From Zancudomyces culisetae HAW-14-8 (taxonomy: Eukaryota > Fungi > Kickxellomycota), in NCBI GenBank assembly GCA_052426225.1, contig JBNJNM010000011.1, positions 2,418,001 to 2,482,000 on the forward strand: a stretch of DNA of 64,000 nt, read 5' to 3'. Below the pieces are notes generated by a model. The model had not been told where the DNA came from, ran no database searches, and worked only from the letters and a program-made list of their open reading frames with translations. Positions 51,189 to 64,000 of the stretch are shown here, piece by piece. Position numbers and translations under genes: made by a program. The first letter of the stretch is position 1, and each line of letters opens with the position of its first letter.

Positions 51189-54100
51189 ATGTACGGACGT
51201 AGGGAAAGAACAGAAGACCTAGCGGACTCAGAAGTCTCAATCTTTCGTTCGGAAAGAATGTCATTTATTCAAATATACATTCCAGCAGAGATTTCCAGGT
51301 TTGTAGTGAACGAGTTGGGAGAACTGGGGAAAATCCAGTTTAAAGATTTGAACGAGGATGTAAATTCGTTCCAGCGATATTTTGCAGGGGAAATCAGGAG
51401 ATTTGATGAGTTGGAGCGTAAACTTCGTAAGTCTTGCAGTTATCTATATATTTCTACTTTTTTTTTTAAGTTTATTAATTTACTAAATGATAGTAACTGT
51501 AACAATAAAAGTCAGGGTAATATTAAACGAGCTTGATGATTAAATAAATAAAATAAATAAATAGGTTTTTTCAATGGCGAGATGGAGAAATTCAAGGTAG
51601 AAGCAAATGAAAACATAAATGCAGCTTTTGCCAGAAGGTCTAGACGACCACAAGAGATTGAGGAAATGGAAGAAGTAATATCGAATCACGAGTCTCGTTT
51701 GTTACAGCTTGGAAATTCGTATTCCGAATTAGAAAAAAAGTGGATAGAATTGGTTCTGCAAGGACATGTGATCAAGGAAGCATCAAATATATTTGAACAG
51801 GTAAATAGAGATATTATTTATACTTTTTATTTTTTTGTTAGTGGTAAAGTGTGGTTATTTGGACTCTGAATGTGTGAGAGTATGAAGGTGAAAAGGTGGT
51901 ACTGATGATGACAAAGAGAGTTACGAAAAAGTAACTTGCGTGTGAGGTCAAGAAGGGAAATAAAGGGTGTATATTACCGAACAAGAACAGAAAATCACAA
52001 AAGTATAAAATACTATGCATCAAAAAAACATTCAACTTTGAGTTTATTCGAAATAAAATACATCAGTAAAAACTTGTTGTATTTAACGGGGCAAGTTAAA
52101 GAACCTCAAGAAGAGAGGAAAAGGAAGAGGGGAAAAGGAAGGGGAGAAGGATATGGGAGGATATGGGAACAATAATGGATGGAAAAAAATTCAGAAAGCG
52201 TAGTTTATAACTGATTTACTTTCTAGAGAAATAAAACAAAACGAAAAACAAAAAAAAAATATAAAAACAAATAGTTGAGTGGAAGAATATCTATGCACGA
52301 GCCTAGAACTAGGCGCAGATATGGAGGAGGAGGAGGAGGAGGATCAAATACAGCGGGGAGAGAGAGTACACATGTCGAGCAAGATGTGTTGCTAGCTGAC
52401 TTGGATCCTAACCGACTTCGAGGGCGGTTTAGTAGTGATGAAGAGCAGGAATCGCTCTTAGAATCGAACACGGTACAGAATCATATTATATAGAGACAAT
52501 TATAATAGAATACGAGCAAACACAACAATATTATTACAGATGCTATGTGGGGAGGAAGGAGGAGATAGTGGCGGGAGTGGGAGTGGGGGTAGCTAGATAA
52601 CCAAATCTTGAGTGTGGATGGAGTTTTTTTTTTGAAATGAGATTAAATGTGTATAAAAATATGAGAAGGGAGGAAAAGGCAAAGTAACATGAATTAAAAT
52701 ATGGAAAATAGATTCTGACGCATGGACAGGATGTGCAGGTACGAGCAGACACAGGAGCAAGGAGAAGGTCATCGGGATCAATGGCATTGTTGAACCGAAG
52801 AAACTCAATAGGAAGCTTGGAAGATTTGGGAGATATGAGCGCGAGAATGAGAGCAGAGGGAGATGAGGCAGGGATAGAAGGAGGAGACGGAATGGGGGGA
52901 ATGGGAAGAGCAATAGATGATATTAATGTAGGGTTTGTGGCGGGAGTGGTGAGACGAGAGCGGTTGGTAATAATGGAGAAGGTGTTGTGGAGAACACTTC
53001 GAGGAAACATATATATGGAGTTTGTGGATGTAAAAGTACAGAGCCATCAGCAATATCTGTACGGAGAAAAGCAAGGAGGAGAAGAGGAGAGAGATATGAG
53101 TGTGTTTGTGATATTTGTACACGGACAAGTGATGCACGAGAGAGCCAGAAGAATAGCAAATAGTTTTGGAGCGAGAATTTATGAAATCAACAAAAATGCA
53201 CAGCAGAGAGTAAATGATTACCACGAGGTTGTAAACCGAAACAGAGAAATGAAAATAATTATGGAGCAAAACATTCAGGTGCAGCTGGAAGAGTTATACA
53301 ACATATCAAGGGAAATAGAGACATGGACGGTAGTAGCGCGTAAAGAAAAGGCAATCTACTATGCGATGAACCAGTTTAGCTATGACGAGGGGCGGCAGGT
53401 ATTGATAGCAGAAGGATGGACACCGACGCGGGAGCTGGGAAATGTGAATGCGGCATTGCGGGCGGCAGTGGAGCAGGCAGACACCAATGCGACAGCAGTG
53501 ATGAGCGAGCTTCAGACGGTGATGGAGCCACCAACATATCTACGCACCAACAAGTTTACGCAGGGATTCCAGAACCTTATCAATTCATATGGAGTGCCGA
53601 AATACGGAGAAGTGAATCCAGGAATATTTGCAGTGATAACGTTTCCGTTTTTGTTTGCAGTGATGTTTGGAGATTTGGGACACGGTGTAATGATGGCGGC
53701 GGCGGGGTTGGCGATGGTGATGTGGGAAGAGAAGCTGGGCAAGATCAAGTCGGAGGAATTCTCGATGGTGTTTTCGGGCAGATACATGATTCTGTTGATG
53801 GGGCTGTTTTCGACGGTGGTAGGCTTTGTGTATAACGACATGTTTTCGTTGGCACTAAATACGTTCAAGTCGGGATGGGAGGTGAGCCAAGGCCAGGTGA
53901 AGCGTGTGGATGGGTATGTGTATCCAATTGGAGTAGATCCGGCGTGGCATCATGCAGATAATGGATTGTTGTTTTTGAATTCGTACAAGATGAAAATGTC
54001 GATATTGCTGGGAGTGGCACATATGTTGTTTGGAATGGCTATGCAGGTGTACAACTCGCGGCATTTCCACAAACCAATCAACATCAAGCATGTGTTTGTT

Positions 54101-55042
54101 CCACAGATTATTTACTTCATGTCGATCTTTGGGTATTTGTGTTTTACGATTTTGTACAAGTGGTCGATAAACTGGTATGCTGTGGACAAGCATGGGAACT
54201 CGATATACAATTCACCGCCCAGTCTGTTGAACATGTTGATATATATGTTTTTGAATCCAGGGGTTGTAGATCCCAAGGATGAGTTGTATCCAGGCCAAGC
54301 CAACGTGCAGCTGTTGTTGTTGATGGTGGCGGGATGTTGTGTGCCATGGATGTTGTTGGCCAAGCCATTGATTCTACGGGCTGAGCATAAGCGGATTGTA
54401 GAGAGTGGGTATGGAGTGCTAGGCGGAGTTAACCAAGAATCGATGGGAGGGCGGCTTAGTATGGTTGATGATGATGAGAGTGAGACAGGGATTAGTGGAG
54501 AGAATGTATTGGTGACAGCCAATAGAAGAGCAGATGATTCATGTAGTAGTTTTGGGGATGAGATCTCGTCGTTGGAATTGGGAGCAGCAAATGGCAACAA
54601 CGAAAATAATGGAAATGGAAATTCGAATTTGAATGGAAACTTGAGTGGAAATGGAGGAGTACATAGCGAGCAAGAGTTTAGTTTTGGAGACGTAATGATG
54701 GATTCGATAATCCATACGATAGAGTTTTGTCTTAGTGGGATTTCACATACGGCGTCATACCTTCGATTGTGGGCACTGAGTTTGGCACACGCACAGTTGT
54801 CGCAGGTGTTGTGGTCAATGACGATAGAAAAGACGTTTGGGGCGGGGGCGAGTGGGGGGATATTTGGGATGGTGGGGATGGTTATTGGGTTTAGTATGTG
54901 GTTGACGTTGACAATATCGATATTGATGGTTATGGAGGGGTTAAGTGCGTTTTTGCATGCGTTGCGTTTGCATTGGGTAGAGTTTAATTCAAAGTTTTAT
55001 GAGGGTAGTGGAGAGATGTTTGAACCATTTAAACTTTTTTGA
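51189..55042 (+). CDS. VPH1: V-type H+-ATPase V0 subunit a (4 exons)
   Basis: SIFRSERMSFIQIYIP, ELGELGKIQFKDLN, FVAGVV, LWRTLRGN, KEKAIY, PPTY, FPFLFAVMFGDLGHG, ISHTASYLRLWALSLAHAQLS, SAFLHALRLHWVEF. Exons 51189 to ~51426, ~51565-51800, 52275-52472, 52712-55042. Confidence 0.97.
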
Positions 55043-55045
55043 TTG

Positions 55046-55243
55046 AATTGGGTTGGATTGGATTGGATTGGATTGGATTGATTAATAGTTAATAAATAAA
55101 TAAAATTTAATAAAATAATAAAGCATAATAAAGTATGGTATAATTAATATAATATAATTAATATATCAAGAAATATATCAAAAGATAAAGAAAAAAGAAG
55201 AAAGAAAAAAAAGAAAGAAAAAAAAGAAAGAAAAAAAAGAAAG
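55046..55243. repeat. (GGATT)n and (A7GAAAG)n simple repeats between convergent VPH1 and myosin genes
   Basis: Directly visible tandem units. Confidence 0.8.
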
Positions 55244-55246
55244 AGA

Positions 55247-58200
55247 TTATTTTCTTAGAGCGACTAGTTCTTTTTGTAACATGGCGATTTGATCATTCAG
55301 ATCGACAATCATTCGATCCTTGCGTTTCTTTTCGACGACCAAGATATCATTATTATTTTCCAATTCGGAAAGATTAGTTTCCATGCGTTTGAGTTTATTG
55401 CCCAATTTCATGTATTCCGAAATCATCCGCGCCTTGTTTTTTTCGTATTCTGCGACTTGGGTTTGTAATTCGCGTAGTTGTCTGGATGTCCTTGATATTT
55501 CAATATCGTTTATACTTATGTTTGTGTTTGTATTGCTGTTACTGTTTGAAATTATTGATCTGGCTAATGATGAACTACTATCATTACTATGTCGATGGTT
55601 ATTATTACTATTACTATTACTATTGTTGGCATCATAATCCGGATTATTCAAACCACTACTACCACCTCCACCTCCACCTCCACCTCCAACTAAAATCGAT
55701 GGTGTCGGTGGTTTAGGAATTCCCATAGCACTAACATCCAATTTATGGTACCGTTTCGCACTCATACTACTTGAATGGACCAGCTTAGCCTCAAGATCCA
55801 TAACCTGGCGTTTCAGCTGCTTGTTTGAACTTTCCAACGCATGGTTCTGTCGTGCCATTTCGGTGCTCGCCGATCTCTCCCGCTTCAACGCCGCCTGTAA
55901 CTCCTCTACTTGCGCACTGTACTTGTCTTGTCGCGTACTCAACACCGCACTACGCTCATCACTCTCGCTCACTTGCAACCGTAGCCGCTTCAGCTCATCC
56001 TCAAGTTGTAGTGCAGCCTGCTCGGCCTTATGCCGTGCATTGCTAACCTGCACATACTTGTCCTGAATCACACCAATTCGCTCCTCCAGCCGTACCTTGG
56101 AAGCATGTGCCTCTGCCAGTGCCGACTCCAATGCTTGCACTCGCAACGTCGTACTCTCTAATTCTAACCGCATCCCGCTGGCTTGTGACTCATTGGCTTT
56201 GGCAGCATCGCGTGCTGATTCGTATGCTGGCGCCAATTCCTCAAGCTTATCGACAGCATGAGATAGCTCCTTTTTGAGAGCAGAATTTTCGGCCACCAGA
56301 CGGTCAGAATCTATATTGGCAGCAACCAGTTTATTGTCCAGTTGGATGTACGACTCTCGAAGAGCCAAGTGTTCCTTGTTGAGAGAATCCAATTCATTCG
56401 CCAGCATCTCCATCTCGACCTGGTACTTGGCACGCAAACTATCTAGGGCTGTGTCGTGATCTTCAATATCTAAACGATGTCGCTCACTAACCGCCTCAAC
56501 TTCCCGCAATAAATGTTCTCGCACTGCTTCGGTTTCTTTTCCTTGGTCCTTGAGTTCATCAACAATATTCACCAATTCATTATATCGGTTCTTCAACTCC
56601 AAAAGCTCACTCTCTGCCATATCTCGCGCAGCAGTGACTTCCTGAACATTTGCCAGTGCCTCTTGTAGCTGATTTTCCATGTCCATATTACTCTTTTCCA
56701 ACCGATGTAGTTTGGATTCGCTATCGTCAGAAAATAACCTAGCATCCTCCAGCTTTTTATTCAGCGCATCAATGGTTTGTTCAAGAGTCTGGATATGCAC
56801 ACCACTGGTTTCAGATGCCCGTTTTTCATCTTTTAGTTGTCGTGAAAGTTGGTTCATGTCAGATGTCAAAACGTCACAGTCACGAGATTTGCGCTCAACC
56901 TCGGCTTTGAGTTGGTTGTTCAAGACCTGCAAATCGTTGTAGGCCAAATCCAGTTCTGTCAAGTACGTCTGTTTATCTTCAGCATCTTGTTGAGCAACCC
57001 TCAGAGCTGCTTTTAGCTCCAAACAACTTTCTTCCAGCTTGGTAATGTCCCGGTCAATCAGCGACCGAGTACCTTCGTTTTTGAGTTCCAACTCCTTCAT
57101 ATTCTCCACCATTCGTGTACTCTGTGACAGCCCTATCTTTAGGTTTTCCAATTCGTGTTCATAAGACGTAATTGCAGACCGCAAATCCTTGTTTTCCTTT
57201 TGTAATCCAATAACTTTGGTTTCCATCTTGTTGCGAGAATCAAGATGGAATGCAGCCTCAGCGGTAATCTCCTCAATCCTCCGTTCGGCCTGCCGAATCT
57301 TCCGACTGTTCAGCTCGCTTTCGGTCTGCAACTTCTCCAAACTCGTCTGCAATATATTCGATTTGTGTTCGTGTCGACTAGCCAGTGCCTCATAATCTGA
57401 CAATGACTTTTTCTGGATCTCCAGCTGCATCTTTGATTCTGTCAAACTATTATTCAGACTATGAATCTGTTGTCGCAACTTGTTCTCCTCATCATGGTCA
57501 AACACTGATCGGTTGTCTATAGACTCTTGCAACGTCTTGAGTTCCTGTGTCAATTTTGCCACTTCCAACTGCGCCTCCACTCGTAACGCATTTTCCTCAT
57601 CAAGCTTTTCTCCCATCTCGTTGATTTCCTCCATCAACAACTTGCGGCTCTCCTCAATCACCACTGCCTTGGCATCCACCTCCGCCTCAATTCGGCGCCG
57701 GAACTCATCCTGTTGCTCCTCCCACCGTCGCTTGATTTCCTCTGCCGCAACCCGCGAGTTCTTCTCCAGCTCTAATTGCCGTTTCAAATCTGCTACCTCA
57801 GACTCCAAACTCGTCCGCTTCTTCTCCAGCTCATGTACGCTCCGTGTTCCATCTCCAATCTCGCTAATCAGATTCCTCAACTCCTTGTCCAGCTTTTGCT
57901 TGCTGTCATTCAGCATAGAAAGCTTGCTATCCCGAACGTTAATTTCACCCTGAAGCTCGCGCGACTTGTTTTCTAGAGATTCTACAGCTCCAGCTGTTTG
58001 CTCAAGCTTGGACTCAACATCCCGAACTTGCTCCTTGTATTTCTCGATTTCTTCACTCAACAACTCGTTTTGTTTCATCAACTCACTACTGAGCTTTTGT
58101 TCTTTTTCTAGCAACAATGAAAGATCAGAAATCTCTTCAGTAAATTTGCTTTTGGATTTTTCAGCCATATGCGTTCGTGACTCCAACTCTTCATACGCCT

Positions 58201-61200
58201 TTCTCAAATCCTCAAGCTCGGAGTGAACCGCCGACCTTGTCTCCTCAATATGTGTTTGATGTGTCGATGACATTTCGTTAATTGTTTCAATAAGCTCATT
58301 CAGCTCGTTGTTTTGTGACTCGATCGTTTTCTTCAACTGCTCATTCTCTGTCTCTCTTTCATTGACCATCTTTTTCATATCCTCTACTATCGTTTTGAAA
58401 TCAACCACTTCGCGTGTCAATGTATTTCTAACATTCTCATGGTCAGTACTAGACATTTTGACACTTTCCAATTTACTCTCCAAATCTTTCACGCTGGCAT
58501 TAGCAGCCTGAAGCTCCTTTTCAATAATTTCATTCTGTGACTTGAGATCTTCAGCTTCTGCTTTGGCCTGTTCATAATCAAACTGCGACTGTTCAACCAA
58601 CTCCAACGCATCTGACAACTGCTTCTTCACTTTTCCTATATCAGACTGAATTTCATACTCTCGCTGCGCACTCTCGTCAGCATTGTTGCACATTTCTTCT
58701 ACCGACTTGCTCAATGCGCTGTTGGTCTGCTTGAGCGTCTCCAGTTCTTGAGTCTTTTGATCTACCATCATCTTTAGCTCCGAAATCTTGGCCGAATCGT
58801 TCTTTCGTGTCTCGTCAAACTCACCCTGTATCTGCGCCAACGAACTCTTCAAATGCTCTGTTTCACGTTCCAGCATGTTTCGCAACTCTGCCTCACTCGT
58901 GCTACTACCTGCATGCTGCTCAACTAGCTCTCGCATAGTGTTCAACTCGTTCTCCGTTCGCTGCAAACTATCCCTTAACCTCTCCTTTTCTCCCATCACA
59001 CTCTCCAGCTGCGATGTCAATGATCCTATCTGGCTAGCTGCATTTGCTTTGAGCTCTAGCTGTACCGCTGCCTCGCGGTCCCTAGACTCAATCTCCGACT
59101 TCATGGCCTTTTTAGTCTCTGTAAGCTGTTCGTGAACAAGCTCAAGTGCCTTTTTGTAATGTTCAGCTGCTTCCACCGCGTCATTCTGCTCTTTAATTGC
59201 AATGTCCACCTCTTCCTCCAATTCCTTGATTCGACTATTCACAATTTCATGCTGTGAACTAACATTCTCCTTCTCCTGGCCCAAGATTGTGATTCGCTTC
59301 TCCAACTCTTCAACCAATGCTGATTTCTGCTCATAGTCCAAAGTTGCTCGCTCCGCTCTCTCCTTGTACTCCTTAACTGTTCTCTCCAACTCATCTACCT
59401 GTGTCTTTTCGACCTCTCGAGTATTCAACAATTCTCTACTAGCCTGGCTTTCCTCCTCCATCTTCTCCTTCAGCTCTTCTATTGATTTTTTCAACTCTTC
59501 GTTTTCTTTTGCCAGCTCTTCATATTGTGTTTCTATGCTTGCAATCGCATCAGTATGTTCTTTTAGATCTTCTTCCAGTTTGCTTTCTCTCTCTCGAGTT
59601 CTCTTTAATACTTCTTCTTGATCCAAAAACGCACTCCTCTCGGACATCAACATTCTCTCCAACTCCTCTTTTTTGCTATTCCATTCATGTAGCTGCTTCT
59701 CTGCACTTTCCCTTTCTACCTTTTCAGCATCTGCCTTTTTCTTCCACTCCGCAATCTGATCCTCTTTCTTCTTCAACTCTTCCTCAACCCTAGTCACCTG
59801 CAACAACGGCTTGACTTTCTTGTATATATTCCACCACGGCCATTCAATCAGCTGATTGTACAACAATGCGTTTTTCTGTATAACTCGGATCGCTTTGGCC
59901 TGTTCAATCCTTCGGTTGTACATTGTCCTTGCGATTTTCCCTCGTGCCATCGCCTGAAACTGCGTTATTATTGCCGAAAGCTTCAAATCTCGGATTTCTT
60001 CAAGTGCTGCCAATTCTCCAGCTCGGAAAAACACTTTGGTGTTTCCAAGTCGGTACATCGAGGAATCCAAATTTAGCGATTCCAATATCAACTGAACAGC
60101 TTGCTTTGAATCAACAAACCTCTCTCTTGGCACAACATGTGGTGCTAAAATCTCATACCGCTGTCTAAACTCTGTGAATGCCTCTCGGTTTGGAAACCCT
60201 TGTCGAGTAATCCGAATCCCCTCAAGCACTCCGTTACACCGCAATTGCTCCAGTACAAGTCTGGTATCTATCTTTCCTGCCCTCTTTTCTGTGTTGGGAA
60301 CTATACACCGCACAAAATGTGGCTCGGTGCTATTGAGCTGCGTCATCAGCAGATTCAACTGTTCTTTATGCCGCATTGCTACCGTTCTAAACCCTGCCCT
60401 ACCAAACGTTCTTGAAAGGCCCCCAGTTGATTTTGTCAATGTCGATGACGATGTCGGCTCTTGTTCATAGTCACTAAACAGTTGTGCCACAAATGGTTCG
60501 TTGGATTTGGCTAGTAACCTGCAAACACTTTCGTTCAATGCGTCCTTGTTCTTCTCCAGCCATCCCGATGTATCATATTCAACCTGTGATGCATAATGCT
60601 GGATACTAAAGCCCATGTTAAACCTTGGCTGTCCATATTTACTGGATTTGCCCGACCAAAGACTGTGTAGCTTTTCCGTAAAGCTCCTGTCTGTAGCCTT
60701 TGGCAACACACACTCTTCATCCAAGCACGAAAATACCCCCACTGGTTGCGACTTGTCAATCAACTCTATGGTCGGCTTGAGATCAAGTCCGAAATCTATA
60801 AACTCCCAGTCTATTCCCTCTCGGCGGTACTCTTCTTGTTCCAGTATAAACATATGGTGGTTAAAATACTGTTGCAGCCGCTCGTTTGTGTAGTTGATAC
60901 ACAGCTGCTCAAATGAATTGTTTTCCAGAATTTCAAATCCAGCTATATCCAACACTCCTATATACTTTGTACTTGTCAAAGTTCGGTTAAGCTTTTTATT
61001 GATTTTCTTCACTATCTCCCCAAACATCCGTTCATAAAGCCCCTTAGCAAGCGCCTCCACCGAATACATGACCTGGTCCACATTTCGCGACTGTGTTACC
61101 CAGTCCTTTCCTGCAAGTATTCGTGGCCTCAACAACGCCTTGGTAAACTCTGCTAGCGACACTCCAAGCACGTGACTAACCTTTTCTGCAGATACTTGCC

Positions 61201-62803
61201 CCTTGAGTATAGCTTCCTCGCCTCTAGTTGCTTGGAACTGTATATTTCCCATATTCAATATTGCTGATAGCACTTTATATAGCTCCAACCTCTGCTCCTC
61301 TGTAAATCCCGTCATTTCAAGTGCACCTTGTAGCGCCTCGAATTCTTTTGCATCATCCACTCCAACTATTGTCTCTCGACACTTCTTGGTAAATTCATAG
61401 TCACCCGCTTGTCCCTCAAGCAATATTTTTTCCTTCAACTCTTTGCTTCCTCCCTTGAGAAGTTGGAAAAATATATGGAAATTCCTCTCATGCTCCGATT
61501 GCCGCGTAACTCGAAGTTTTTCAAGTAAATAGTACTCTATGTTTGCTCCAACTATTGTTCCACCCTCATTGAACTCTATCCTAATAAATTTACCAAACCT
61601 CGAACTGTTGTTGTTTCGAATTGTTTGTGCATTTCCAAATGTTTCCAAAATAGGATTTGTGCTCAAGATCTGCTCCTCCAAGTTGTCACTCTGACTTTTT
61701 TGGATCTGTGATAAAGGCGCCGTCTGCGTCAGATAGTGAATGACCTTTTTTGTATTTTCTGTCTTTCCAGCTCCTGATTCACCCCTATTAATTTCAAAGT
61801 ATCATTGTTTTTTATTATTATTATTCGTTAAGCTGTCTACCCTCGTTATAAATTATATTCTGATTTCTATTCTATTGTATTCTATTACATCAAAGTTATC
61901 CTCTAATAAAATGCAAGATAATAAAACTCAATAACTTACGTTATAAGTATGGATTGACTTTCTCGTGAAAATAACAGCGCTTGATATGCCGAATCGGCCA
62001 CTGAGTAGATATGTGGTGCCACTTCATCTCTCCGCTTGTTTCGATATAACGCTATAAAGTCGGCATTATAAATGGATAGATTGTAGTATGGATTTACTGC
62101 AACCAAGAATGGACCCGAATACGTATATATCAGCCCATTCGAGTATCTCTGCTTCAGGTTGTGTACGACCGACGCTTCATTCAAATATCCCAAGTCTGCC
62201 ATATCCTCTTTATTATCAAACTTTGGTGGATTCACCTTTTCTGTAAGATTGATGTCTATGTCAATATCCTATTTTTATATATTTTACGAATTAGTTGTAT
62301 TTAAACCATTAAGAAAGCATCTACATAGGTGAATAGAATTATTCCAGTCTTGATTATTTCCGCAATAATACCTTTTGGTAGTCGCCGAATATCACTGGTT
62401 TTAAACCCCTACCTCCCCGATTTCCCCTTTACGACACAATACGCATGTATTTATCTTATAATAGACAAGGGTTCAGCGGAAAAAAAAACAGCTTAGTACT
62501 TACCATGCCATTCATGAGGTGTATCTTGGCTATCCCATCAAGCTCTTCAATTATGTATCCTGCTATATACCCTTCCTTTTCGTCAGGCACCCATACCCAT
62601 TTCTTTTCTGTAAAATTCACCTGCGACTGATCAAAAATATTCTGTGTGCTCATCAGAAACGATGTAGGTGTCGCTGACGATGAGGATCGGTGTGTTGACA
62701 TGAATGACCCTGTGAAATTGACATTTTCGTCAAATACGGCATTGGCATTCTTCATAAATCTACGGAGTGCCAATACCGACGGGCCTTTATTACCTATTGA
62801 CAT
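55247..62803 (-). CDS. MYO1: Myosin type II heavy chain (3 exons)
   Basis: SH3-like [34 protein letters not shown]-loop [49 protein letters not shown], then a ~1300-aa coiled-coil tail. Confidence 0.97.
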
Positions 62804-64000
62804 TCTTCGTAACCCTTTATATCTTTTCCTGTGTTACTATCACCTGTTGTATTGTCTTTATTTATTTTTTAGCGTCCACTTTTCTATGCGTAAATGCAAT
62901 TCATTCACCTTATTTTTGTATATCCTTTTCTTGTCCTTTTAGTTTATTTTTCAAATGCTATGAAACAGTACTTCGTATGTACTTTTGCTACTCTTTACTA
63001 GTCCCGATATTGTTAATATATTATTGTTTTCAGGTATAAAAAAAATGTAACTAACAAAACGAAAACGAAAACGAAAACCAAAACTAAAACTAAAACAATA
63101 ACAATAACAATAGCAAAACAATAGCACAAAAACACAAAAAATTTTCCCTTTGTTTTTCAAATTATTTCATCAATAGCTGGAATTATTCTATCTAGTATAC
63201 ACTTTTGCGATTATACCTCAGGTGTGGTAGGCGCAAAAAAAAATTATTGTATAGATACCAAATATTTAATTACAGTCATAAAGTTTACACTTCCATTCCA
63301 TACAACTTTGTATATCCCCGTTAAAGTAAACAAAAACCGTAATTTTATAGGATTTAAATTGTCACTATATTCGTTTAAATTAAACATTCACAAGAAAAGC
63401 TGATTAATAATATTACCAAATAAATTGTTGCGTTTCCTAAATCCTTTTTTTCTTTTTTCTTTTTTTTTTTACCCTTTTTATTCTATATTACTAGAACTTG
63501 GTATGTTTTTTATTTTCTCGAAAAATGCCAGGGAATAAAAAATATTGCAAACAAAGCATTGTCAGGCTTTGTTTTGATTGACAATTCTTTGCTCTCCATT
63601 GTTTACTTTATATAAATCAGACTTTTTTTCTTTATAGCCATCAGCAAATTTCCACTAGTTTTAGTACTTACAAAGTAATTATGTCAACTCGGGTCTTTTA
63701 CAGAATGAATATACTAATTCCTTGAGCAACTAACAAGCTCAAAGCTACTACTACTTTTGTTTGATTTGGCCTGTATTAACACTACCGTACTAGAATGTAG
63801 TAGTGTGAGAAAGCGTACTACTTTTCCAATAGTAAAGGTTACTGTCCATATGCCAGAACACTCATACAATCCGCATCAATGTAACTGTAATATACTGTAC
63901 TGTACTGATGTTGTTCTCTATGAACGGTATTTTACTGTCCAAATACCTCTAAAAGAGCGTGTGTAGACAAACATCAGCACTAGTTAGCTTTGCTGATCTC

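Noticed and set aside
51901-51985. Intronic C/D snoRNA in VPH1 intron 2 (ATGATGA plus a small hairpin)
   Set aside because: No properly placed CTGA D box, terminal stem or recognisable guide.

Overview
AT-rich eukaryotic DNA with short GT-AG spliceosomal introns and fungal-type gene content. It most resembles an early-diverging fungus (Zoopagomycota/Harpellales-like; this is an inference). Recognisable genes: Stt4-type PI 4-kinase, PRMT3/Rmt3, CMC2, AIM24, profilin, GOT1 (apparently frameshifted), mannose-6-phosphate isomerase, TRAPPC13, a DUF4460/TCAIM-like protein, Ski8/WDR61, V-ATPase subunit a and a type II myosin. The most interesting items are: a 6-exon gene whose N- and C-termini match Integrator subunit 5 (a complex absent from model yeasts); a FAM104/VCF-like protein with two putative p97-binding helices; a secreted His-brace LPMO-like protein; a secreted RS/RD-repeat protein; a tRNA-Phe/tRNA-Leu pair only 5 nt apart; and a possible SLF2/Nse6 homologue. 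Two gene-poor islands (about 1-4.7 kb and 45-50.4 kb) hold decayed pseudogenes. Family calls come from motif recognition by eye and from memory; no searches were run.
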